From contig JBHLNZ010000034.1 of assembly GCA_048941015.1 (NCBI GenBank), forward strand, positions 10,725 to 32,093: 21,369 bases of DNA, in the 5' to 3' direction. The stretch comes from Promethearchaeota archaeon (GTDB lineage: Archaea > Asgardarchaeota > Lokiarchaeia > Sigyniarchaeales > SOKP01). A program made the position numbers and the translations under genes. Within the stretch, counting starts at the first letter, position 1; every line of letters starts with the position of its first letter. The notes beneath the pieces were generated by a model. It did not search any database. It was not told the origin of the DNA and worked only from the letters and a program-made list of their open reading frames with translations. Shown in pieces: positions 8,670 to 17,500 of this stretch.

Positions 8670-9962
8670 TTGGTCTCTGAAAGTTTAACCATACATAAAA
8701 AACCAGTTATAAGTATTGATCACTTCTTAAATCAATACGAAGATGTTATGGAATCTGGGTTAGAAACATTATTAAACTTAGATTTTAAGTTAAAGAAGAA
8801 AAGATCATCTGACAAAATTATAACTAACCTAAGAATTGCTGAGCCAGCTGATTCTGAAAAAATTGCTAATCTTTTCAAAGAAGTATACCATAGTACATAT
8901 CCATTTAAAAATATGGAAGATCCTGAGGAAATATCCTTATTAATGGAAGAAAATAAAGTGAGATGGGTTTTATTTATTTCAAATAATGAAGAAATCGCGG
9001 GTTGTTTTGGTGCAAATTTAGTATTTGAAAGAAAAATTGGACTACTTTATGGTTTTATTATACGTAAAAAGTATCGCCATATTGTTGATTCATTAAAGGC
9101 ATTTACTGGTTCGCTAATTTATTTTTGGAATAATTATAGAAACAAAATCCCTATTTGGATAGGTGAAGTCCGTACAAATAATCCTACTCCTCAATTTGCT
9201 ACATCATTATGCGGTTTAAAACCAATAGCATTTTATCCTAACAAAGATATTTTTTTTGGAAAATACGAATCTGAATTTCTCCATATTGCATATTCTGATA
9301 ATATTTTAAATCAATATCGCAAGAAAGAATCGCCAAAAATTATCTTACCTGTTATTCGAGGTTTTGCTTACGCTCAAAAAAGATATAATTTAACTTTCCC
9401 CAAACTAGTTGAAGAATTTTCCTTTACAAACTTAGTAAATTATAAATTTGAAGATGAGCGTATAAATTCAGTCGAAGTAGCTAGATTAAAGAGAAAAGTA
9501 TCAATTGAAATAACGAAAGATAAATATAAAAATGAAGATATTACCCTTTCATTGGATTCTGCTTTCTTTCATTTTAGATATAATCCCCATAGTAAATCGA
9601 TAGAAAAAACAAAATATAATATATCTTATCCAGAACAATTGCAAGCTTTCCTATTACATTTAAGAGAAATTATTTTTAAAAAAAGAGTTAATTACTTTCA
9701 ATGTTTTGTATCTGCTTATAAACCTATTGAACAAAGGTTATTTTATAATATGAAATTTAAACCTAATGGATACATTCCTTGTTGGAAGTATAATAAAAAG
9801 AATAATTACTTTGAGGATGCTATAATTTTTAATTATAGTCGTACAGAAATTAACGAAAATATTAAATTAATTCCAGAAACTAGAGAATTATTAGAGGTAT
9901 TGGGTTACTATGGTGAAGTTAAAAGTAATGGGTTTTTAGAACAATTTCTTTCATATCAATAA
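8670..9962 (+). CDS. GNAT-family (tandem GNAT fold) N-acyltransferase
   Basis: LRIAEPADSEKIANLFKEVYHSTYPF start, IAGC strand, IIRKKYRH motif A and GEVRT..P.PQ....CGLKP. A second, degenerate GNAT at the C-terminus (QRLFYNMKFKPNGYIP...EDAIIF). TTG start after a purine-rich SD-like tract. Confidence 0.7.
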   Translation: MVSESLTIHKKPVISIDHFLNQYEDVMESGLETLLNLDFKLKKKRSSDKIITNLRIAEPADSEKIANLFKEVYHSTYPFKNMEDPEEISLLMEENKVRWVLFISNNEEIAGCFGANLVFERKIGLLYGFIIRKKYRHIVDSLKAFTGSLIYFWNNYRNKIPIWIGEVRTNNPTPQFATSLCGLKPIAFYPNKDIFFGKYESEFLHIAYSDNILNQYRKKESPKIILPVIRGFAYAQKRYNLTFPKLVEEFSFTNLVNYKFEDERINSVEVARLKRKVSIEITKDKYKNEDITLSLDSAFFHFRYNPHSKSIEKTKYNISYPEQLQAFLLHLREIIFKKRVNYFQCFVSAYKPIEQRLFYNMKFKPNGYIPCWKYNKKNNYFEDAIIFNYSRTEINENIKLIPETRELLEVLGYYGEVKSNGFLEQFLSYQ

Positions 9963-10027
9963 CCTATTTTATTAATCAATAAAGAATTTTAATTATTTTT
10001 TTAAAAAATTAATTCATAAAAGAGGAG

Positions 10028-10882
10028 TTGTTTAAGTTTAAAAAAAGAGAAAATTGGACTGAAAGTTATATTTCACAAATTCAAAGGAATATAGGCCTTT
10101 TTAATCGTGAAGAACAAGAAAAAATACGTACTACTAAAATTGCCATCTTAGGTTTAGGAGGAATAGGGGGATCTACAGCAGAACAACTCATAAGAACTGG
10201 TTGTGAACAATTCATATTATGCGATAATGAGAAGTTTGAAGTTTCTAATCTGAACAGGCAACTCTGCACTATAGAAGATCTTAATAAATATAAAGTAGAT
10301 GTAATTGAAAATCGCTTAAAAAAAGTTAATCCCCAAGCTAATATTCAATCGTTTTATAATATTGATGAAAAAAATATTTCTGATATTTTAAATGGAGTAA
10401 AAATAGTTGCTTTATGTTTAGATGGTCCTATTGCGTCAATATTAATTGCAAGAGAAAGTTTAAAAAGAGATATACCAATTATTGAATCTTATGCCATACC
10501 TTATGTATGGACTTGGTGGTTCACCTCTGATAGTATAGATTATGAGACATGTTATCATCTTTCAACTCATAAATTATCAATATCTGAAATAGAAAAGTCA
10601 TCCAATTTCAAAAACAAGTTTAAAGAAGGGATGCTATCTATTCTATTGAAATTTCCAAATATAAGTAAAACCTATTCTAGAGAACCAAATATATTAGATG
10701 CTGTTATAAGAGGACAACACCCTTTGGTCTCAATAGCTCCAATTGTTCGACTTACAGCCTCTTTTCTTAGCTTTGATTTATTATATTCTGGCATCTTAAA
10801 GATTAAGAAAATGAATTTAGCTCCCAGCATTATAGGTTATGATTATTTAAGAATGAAAGAAATAAAAGTAGAACTTTTCTGA
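10028..10882 (+). CDS. ThiF/E1-like adenylyltransferase (PRK08223-like subfamily)
   Basis: RNIG....EQ, GLGGIGG nucleotide-binding loop, D...FEVSNLNRQ, KYKV, ..LD. No CxxC zinc motifs. C-terminal half resembles the PRK08223 type (F....DYE...S.AP.....A...AP....YD). Confidence 0.88.
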   Translation: MFKFKKRENWTESYISQIQRNIGLFNREEQEKIRTTKIAILGLGGIGGSTAEQLIRTGCEQFILCDNEKFEVSNLNRQLCTIEDLNKYKVDVIENRLKKVNPQANIQSFYNIDEKNISDILNGVKIVALCLDGPIASILIARESLKRDIPIIESYAIPYVWTWWFTSDSIDYETCYHLSTHKLSISEIEKSSNFKNKFKEGMLSILLKFPNISKTYSREPNILDAVIRGQHPLVSIAPIVRLTASFLSFDLLYSGILKIKKMNLAPSIIGYDYLRMKEIKVELF

Positions 10883-10940
10883 ATTATTCTAGAAAGAAGT
10901 AGATAAAAATAAGAAAAAGAAAGTACAAATAAAAAATATT

Positions 10941-11948
10941 ATGAATATTAGAACTATTAGCAATTTAAGTTTAATTTTAAAATATCTTCAATTAGGAACT
11001 ACGATTCCGATAACTCCGGAGTTCCATAAATATATTATTTCTGATCTACAATTTTATAATGCAAAATCACTAATTATACTTGACAATAATAAAAATCCAA
11101 TTGGTCACGTTTTAGTATTTAATGATGAATCAAATATTCTCTATTTTGGGTATTTTGGAGTTCATAATCATAATGTAAAAGGAATTGAATTTTTATTAGA
11201 AGAGATAAAAAATTTTGCTATAAATAATGGATTTAAAAAAATAAAAGGGCCAATCAATATTCCCACTGTTTTATATGGGTGGGGTTTTATGGAAGAAGGT
11301 AGTTCTACGTCCCTATTCGTAGGGAAACCGGTAAATCCTCCAATTTATAACAAAATTCTATTGAAGAAAGGCTATTTGATCTCCACGAAATTTCATTCTT
11401 ATGAAGGTTATTTTACACAAATTACAGAAGACATGTTAGAAAAGTATGATTACAGTGAATATGAAATATATATCCCAGAAACTTGGGGTGAAATTGTTAA
11501 ATTAAAAAATGATTATTTGAGTCTAAATGCTCGTAATTTAATGCCAGAGGATACAGTTACTCCAAGCGTTGCAAAACGTTTTGAAAATTACCTTCAATTT
11601 ATTAAAGACTTTGGAGAGCCTTCTATGTTCGTATTTTTGCGCTATAAGAAGAATAATAAGTTAATAGGTTGCTTTACTTCACTTCCTAATCCTTTTAGAA
11701 AAGATAATCAAGGTAAATATGATTCCTTCGTAGCTTTTACACTAGTTTTAGATAAAAAATATAGAGATAAAGGTTTGGGATTATTACTTACAAAACATAC
11801 TTTAGATGCTGCTGTTAAACGCCATAACTTATACGTCCTTACTCCTATTGAAGAAAGCAAAGTAAAGACTATATATTTCTCAGTAGAAAAAGGAAAAATC
11901 TCCCTTTCGCGAATGCATTCAATTTTTGAACTTGATTTATTAGATTAA
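10941..11948 (+). CDS. YghO / bacterial ceramide synthase (bCerS)-like tandem GNAT N-acyltransferase
   Basis: YFGYF....LL......G...IKGPIN......GFMEEG.......P.NPPIY..IL...GY signature, plus a C-terminal GNAT motif A (LDKKYRDKGLG). Confidence 0.75.
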   Translation: MNIRTISNLSLILKYLQLGTTIPITPEFHKYIISDLQFYNAKSLIILDNNKNPIGHVLVFNDESNILYFGYFGVHNHNVKGIEFLLEEIKNFAINNGFKKIKGPINIPTVLYGWGFMEEGSSTSLFVGKPVNPPIYNKILLKKGYLISTKFHSYEGYFTQITEDMLEKYDYSEYEIYIPETWGEIVKLKNDYLSLNARNLMPEDTVTPSVAKRFENYLQFIKDFGEPSMFVFLRYKKNNKLIGCFTSLPNPFRKDNQGKYDSFVAFTLVLDKKYRDKGLGLLLTKHTLDAAVKRHNLYVLTPIEESKVKTIYFSVEKGKISLSRMHSIFELDLLD

Positions 11949-12085
11949 AGATATAATTTTTTAAGGTAATGAATTATTACTCGATAAAAATATCAATGGT
12001 ATATTGTCAATCATACTAATGTTTTAAATATGTAAAGTCTTATACCTAATAGTAAGCAATTCAAAAATATATTTAAACAAATTTT

Positions 12086-12850
12086 ATGTCCCTACTAATT
12101 TTATTTCAAATCGTTGAAGATTGGCCTCGAATTCTCCCCATATTTGTTACCCAGCCCTTTATCTCAGTGATGTTTATAATTCTCGCGTATAAAGTTTTGA
12201 AAAGAAAAGTAGATAGGATTTCTCTTAGTTTAGGTGCTTTTTATATTATTTTAGGAATAGGGTTTGTATTAAATATAGTTTATTTAGTTTTTACCTTAAT
12301 ATCGAACGAACCATTATTATTGTATATCCTTTATTATTTAACTATTTACCCAATTATGTTCTCAACCGTATTTATCGTATTATTTATTAATATTCTTTTA
12401 AGATATGAAGCGGAGCTCCCATTGAAACCGTATATACTTTATGTTTTAGTATACGGCGTGTGTTCTGCATTAATTATAATATTTCCAGGGGGAATTACGT
12501 TAAATCCAGAAAATTCTTGGGCTCCAGAATATAATTGGGAATTTCTTATATTTATTTATCTCTTCTTTACAATATCAATTACAGTTCCGATAATTTTTTA
12601 CTCAAATCGGTTATACAAACATTTTCAAGCAAGAAATTTGAAAGGTAGATTAAGATTAATTATTATTGCTGTTATTGAATTATTAATTTTGTTTTATGGC
12701 GTAGTCTTATTTAATACTTGGCCCCAATATTTACAATATTTAAACGAAATATTGGTACCAATCTTTAAAACCATTTGGGGGCTTTTTTCTGCTATCCTTG
12801 TTATTTCTTCAGCATTATTGTTATATTATAGTTTAGGAAGAAATTTGTAA
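12086..12850 (+). CDS. Stand-alone 7-TM integral membrane protein (HisKA_7TM-like sensor domain)
   Basis: Seven hydrophobic stretches with basic inside loops (KVLKRK, RLYKHFQARNLKGRLR) and an extracellular W.P.Y.W loop; no cytoplasmic output domain. Confidence 0.7.
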   Translation: MSLLILFQIVEDWPRILPIFVTQPFISVMFIILAYKVLKRKVDRISLSLGAFYIILGIGFVLNIVYLVFTLISNEPLLLYILYYLTIYPIMFSTVFIVLFINILLRYEAELPLKPYILYVLVYGVCSALIIIFPGGITLNPENSWAPEYNWEFLIFIYLFFTISITVPIIFYSNRLYKHFQARNLKGRLRLIIIAVIELLILFYGVVLFNTWPQYLQYLNEILVPIFKTIWGLFSAILVISSALLLYYSLGRNL

Positions 12851-13020
12851 ATCTAATTCTAATTCTTTATTCTAAAATTTTTAGGATTCAAGAAAGATGA
12901 TTATTTATTTAAGGAAAGAAAAAGAGAGAATAATTATAAATTATAAATACAAATTGAAATATAAAGTGTATTAAATTTGGTTTTAAATAATTGATTTAAA
13001 CCTTCATATGTTGTATAATT

Positions 13021-14526
13021 ATGGGATCTCAAAATAAAATTCTTTTTGTACAAATTTATGCTTGTGAAGGAATAGGCTCTGAATTTCTTTATCGACGCCC
13101 TTCTGATTATAAACAAATGCTTAATAAGACTTATCCTGACATAAGAAAATGGTTGAATGATGAAACTTTTAATCAACTCAAAGATTGGCCAGATGGTGTA
13201 AATATTAGATTTGAAGTTGATGATGTTAATCTTCAAGGAAGATTTCTAGCAGCAAATATTGATACACCTTCCCATGTTATTGACAAACCTGTTAATCCAG
13301 AATCCTTAATTTCCGAACTAGGAAGAGATAATTACACTCATGTTGGATTTTCCGTCATTTCGAATGACTATTCAAATTTTATAAAATGTTCTCAAGCTGT
13401 AAAAAAATATGATAGTTCTATTAAAACTATTGCTGGAGGTCCTGGGGCTATGTTTGAACAAACAAAAAATTATGTCGACTATATATGCATGGGAGAACGG
13501 GGGGAATTTTTTCTTCGTAAACTATTTCATGAAGATTTAAATAATCCGATTAAATTTATTATCATCCCAAATAAAATATATTGGAGGTATAATAATCGAG
13601 AGTTACCTACTGAACTTTATAGAGTAATTACTAAGCTTGGATGTCCATTATCGTGTGATTTTTGCACTACTCCTGTTTTATATAATAGAAAATATACTGG
13701 TGAATTATTCAGTCCCCAGTATGTTCATGATATTTTGGTAGATTTTCGTGATCAATTAAAAAAAGAGAAAATGACTATTTATTTCGAAGAACCAACGTCA
13801 CTTTATTCTTTAGATTGGTGGTATGAATTCATCAATCTTTTTAGAGAAGATTATGGCGACTTTGCTTTATATTTATACAGTATAACATCAATTTTAAATA
13901 AATTAAATCTAGATAAAATATCCAACTCTGCTGCTCGAATTAATTTGGTAAATTTTGGAATTGAAAACTTTAATAAAAGTTATCCGAAGAATTTAAATGT
14001 TGATTTAAAAGTTTTGATAAAAAAATTATCTGACTACGGAATTTGGACAAATCCTAATTATATAATAGGGTATGACTTTGATTCCAAAGAAAGTGTATGG
14101 AATGATATAAAGAAGTTGATAGATTTAGACGCGGATGTAAACACTATTCTCCATTTGCATCCACATCCCAGAACAGAAATTTGGAAAAAGTTAGAAAAAG
14201 AAAAAAGATTATTAGATGTTCCTCCTGAATTTCATTTTATTCATGGATTTCAATCATTTAAACATCCTAGCTTTAAACCAGGATTCGAGGATATGCTTCC
14301 CTTATTATGCAATATTTATAATTACATTGAAAAAGAAATTGGAGACAAATTAATAAATATTATTAGAACTATGAAAAATTTATTAAACCATACAAATCAT
14401 GCGAGTATTATTAAACGTGAGATTCTATTATATAAATCGTTTGGAAAAATATTATACCCACAATGGAAGCAATTTTTTAATCCAAGTGAAGCCCAAGACG
14501 CTAATTTTCAAAAGAAATTAAAATAA
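13021..14526 (+). CDS. Cobalamin-binding (class B type) radical SAM protein
   Basis: B12-binding Rossmann segment VGFS...TIAGGPGA..DYICMGERGE, followed by GCPLSCDFC (CxxxCxxC), FGIE, YIIGYD.D and P.P.T. Confidence 0.88.
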   Translation: MGSQNKILFVQIYACEGIGSEFLYRRPSDYKQMLNKTYPDIRKWLNDETFNQLKDWPDGVNIRFEVDDVNLQGRFLAANIDTPSHVIDKPVNPESLISELGRDNYTHVGFSVISNDYSNFIKCSQAVKKYDSSIKTIAGGPGAMFEQTKNYVDYICMGERGEFFLRKLFHEDLNNPIKFIIIPNKIYWRYNNRELPTELYRVITKLGCPLSCDFCTTPVLYNRKYTGELFSPQYVHDILVDFRDQLKKEKMTIYFEEPTSLYSLDWWYEFINLFREDYGDFALYLYSITSILNKLNLDKISNSAARINLVNFGIENFNKSYPKNLNVDLKVLIKKLSDYGIWTNPNYIIGYDFDSKESVWNDIKKLIDLDADVNTILHLHPHPRTEIWKKLEKEKRLLDVPPEFHFIHGFQSFKHPSFKPGFEDMLPLLCNIYNYIEKEIGDKLINIIRTMKNLLNHTNHASIIKREILLYKSFGKILYPQWKQFFNPSEAQDANFQKKLK

Positions 14527-14562
14527 TATCATTTTATTTCAACATCTAAGAAAATATAAATT

Positions 14563-17500
14563 TTATATTAGAGGTAAAGAAAAATAAAAAGTACTTCCTT
14601 TATTCCTTCCCTTTGATTCAGCCCAAATTTTTCCATCATGAAGTTCAATAATCTCTTTTGATATGTACAAACCTAAACCCGTACCTTCGATTCCAATATC
14701 CCATCCTTGGCCATATCGTTCAATTTTTCCGAATTGAGTAAAAAGTTGCTTTTTCTCTTCATTGGTAAGCCCGATGCCGGTATCATTTACAGAAATTATG
14801 TATGAATCATTTTTAATTTGAGATTCAATAGTTATTACTCCTCCTTTAGGAGTATATTTAATTGCATTAATCAATAAATTTGAAATTACTTCTTCTATTT
14901 TTTCCTTATCAAAAAGGGTAATTAGATCTTTTTCAACTTTATTGAGTATTGTTTGATTATGTAATTTTGCCTTTCCTTCCAAAGATTTAATTGAATCTCG
15001 TATAATAGAATATAGATCTTCTTCCTTTTTGTTTAATTTCATTAAGCCTTGTTCTACTTTTGAGCCTTCTACAATTTTATTGATATAATCTTCGAGTCGT
15101 TTACTCCCATCCATTATTTCATTGAGAATGGATTTAATTTCTTCATCTAATTTATTCGCATGGAGTTTTAACAATAATTCAGTAAAGCCTTTAATAGATA
15201 TTAGAGGTGTTTTTAATTCATGAGATGTTCTTGAAAATAGGTCAGTTTTTAATCGATTTATTTCGCTTAATTCTTGTGCTTGTTGTTCAAGGTGTTGCTG
15301 TACTTGCCATCGTCTCTGTTCAATTTCTATGGCATCGCATATTAAAAATAGCACTAATTTATCTTGATTTGTAATTAAAGGATTTTCAGGATATAAAACA
15401 CACATCATATCATTGAGTTCATTTTGTGACATGACAAGCTTTCCATAGAGCGCTTTGATATTATTTTCTTTTATGAATTTATCATGTTTAGACCTTTCAA
15501 TTGTATTAATATCATAAAAAATCTGAGGAAAATCGTGATTTTCCTTGAATAATTCACTTATATAGAAATTATTCATGAATTCCGAAATAGGAAGTGTTAT
15601 AACTTCACCTTCGCTTGTCATTAATCTGAATTGCTCCTTCCCATCGAGCTCTAATTTATTTGCATATATTGCAATTTTTCCGTTTAAAAGTTTTAAGCTA
15701 GTTTTTAGGAGTAGTTCAATGTTTTTTCGAGTGTCTGTTGAGAAGTTAAGGAAGTTGATATTTAACTCATAAATTAATTCCTCATACATTTTTTTCTCAG
15801 TAATGTCTTCTAACCATAATCGAAATCCGATTGGTTCGCCAACCTCGTTATATTGGTTCCAACGACGTCCATGAAGCCATTTTAATTTTTCATCTTTAGT
15901 GACAATTCTAAATTCTAGATCTTTATCTTCCGAGGATTTTAATACCTTGTTTAAATCATCTGGATGAATAATGTTTTGAATAAATTTACTTCCTAGAGAT
16001 TCTGCTTCATAATAACCGGTAATTTCTAAAAGTTTATGATTGATAAAAGTTACTTCCATATTTTCGATATTTATTTCTAGTATGCCAACTGTAGAGGTAT
16101 CTAATAAATTACGATATTTTTCTTCAGAATCTTTTAATCTCTCTTCAGCTTTTATACGTTCAGTAATATTGGTAATTACTCCATCATAACTTATAATGTT
16201 ACCATTATTATCAAGTATAGGGACTCCATGATCCCGCAAATAAAATTCTTGTCCGGTATCTTTATGTATAACTCTATATTCGATAATGAATTCCACTTTT
16301 TTAATAGCAGCTTCATTATAAGCTTTAAGAGTATTTTCTCGATCATCTGGGTGGATAGAATCTTTCCATAATTCAGGATTATTGTACATCTCTTCGGGAT
16401 TGTATCCCGTCCATTCTTCCCATTTGCTTGAAACAAATAATGTACTACTTATTTCGTCTGGTAATGAGGAGTAAATAACATCAGGTATATTTTCGATAAG
16501 TGTTTTATATTTTAATTCTGATAATTTTAACTTTTGCTCTGCTTCTTTTTTTTCAGTAATATCTTGTGCGATTGCTTGAAAAAAAGTTCTTTCGGCTAAT
16601 TTTATCAAGGATAACTGGGCATTAACCCAAGCATAAGTTCCGTCTTTTTTATAAACCTGAAATTCTGTTGGTTCAATTTCTCTTCCCTTATATAAATCTC
16701 TTAACTTTTTATTTAAAATAGAGAATATTTCTGGTGGGAATAGGGGTAGGTCTTCATATGTTTTACCTATATATTCCCCTTTTTTATAACCAAATAACTT
16801 TTCAGTGGTAGAATTATAATCTATAATTTTTCCATCTATATCGAATAATAATATTGCAAATGGTGAGCTTTCGATTAAATTTCTATATTTCTTTTCTGAT
16901 TCTTTTAAGTTTTCTTCTGATTTCTTTCGTTCTGTAACATCTTCAAAAGTTACAAGAATTCCTACTACGTTTTCATCAGAATCATAAAGAGGGATTCTAT
17001 TTATTTGAACCCATATTTTCTTTCCATCTCTCAGAGCCCATGATTCTATAACATTAAATTCGGCTTTATCAGAATCAATTAAGTCTCTTTCCTTTTTTTG
17101 ATTATAAAGTATTTGTTGATTATCATAGAGTAGATCTTTATCCTTTTTATTGATTATATTCTCAGGATATTCAGCTCCGATCAAATTAGCATAATTATTG
17201 TTGCATCCAAGATAATTTAAATCATTATCCTTCCAATAAACATATTGAGGGATATTTTCCATAACAGTTTGAAGCATTTCGTAAGAGCTTTGTAATGCTT
17301 CTTCATATTTTTTTGGATTAAAAAGTTTCCAAAATCGTATTTCAGGAATTGATTCGGTAATTTTTTTAAATCTTTCTTCCCCGATTTTCAATTCTTCTTC
17401 AATTTTTTTTCTCTTTGAAATATCTTTAAAGATTATCAGAATCTTTTTTTCATTTAATTCATTCTTGAATTTTTTTGTCTTAATTTCTGTCCATATGATT

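Noticed and set aside
10028-10882. Ubiquitin/SAMP E1 of an Asgard ubiquitin system or CBASS-type E1
   Set aside because: No zinc motifs or evident catalytic Cys, and no ubiquitin-like, E2, JAB or nucleotidyltransferase genes in the window.
11969-12019. Small ORF MNYYSIKISMVYCQSY after the bCerS-like gene as a possible precursor peptide
   Set aside because: Only 16 codons with a weak, too-close SD and no terminal Asn or leader/core pattern. It overlaps the likely promoter of the next gene and is expected by chance.
8263-12085. Microcin C / RiPP cluster (ThiF + GNAT + radical SAM)
   Set aside because: The ThiF has no N-terminal RRE, I found no ATG-initiated precursor upstream of the operon, and there is no exporter or peptidase.
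12086-12850. Microbial rhodopsin or heliorhodopsin
   Set aside because: No retinal-binding Lys within TM7 (no DxxxK or SxxxK) and no RYxxW-type motif in TM3.
8670-14526. Horizontally acquired island based on visibly lower GC than the hdr genes
   Set aside because: No boundary repeats, tRNA or mobility genes. The difference can be explained by Gly/Cys/Ala-rich, highly expressed hdr genes versus Ile/Lys/Asn-rich genes; not quantified.
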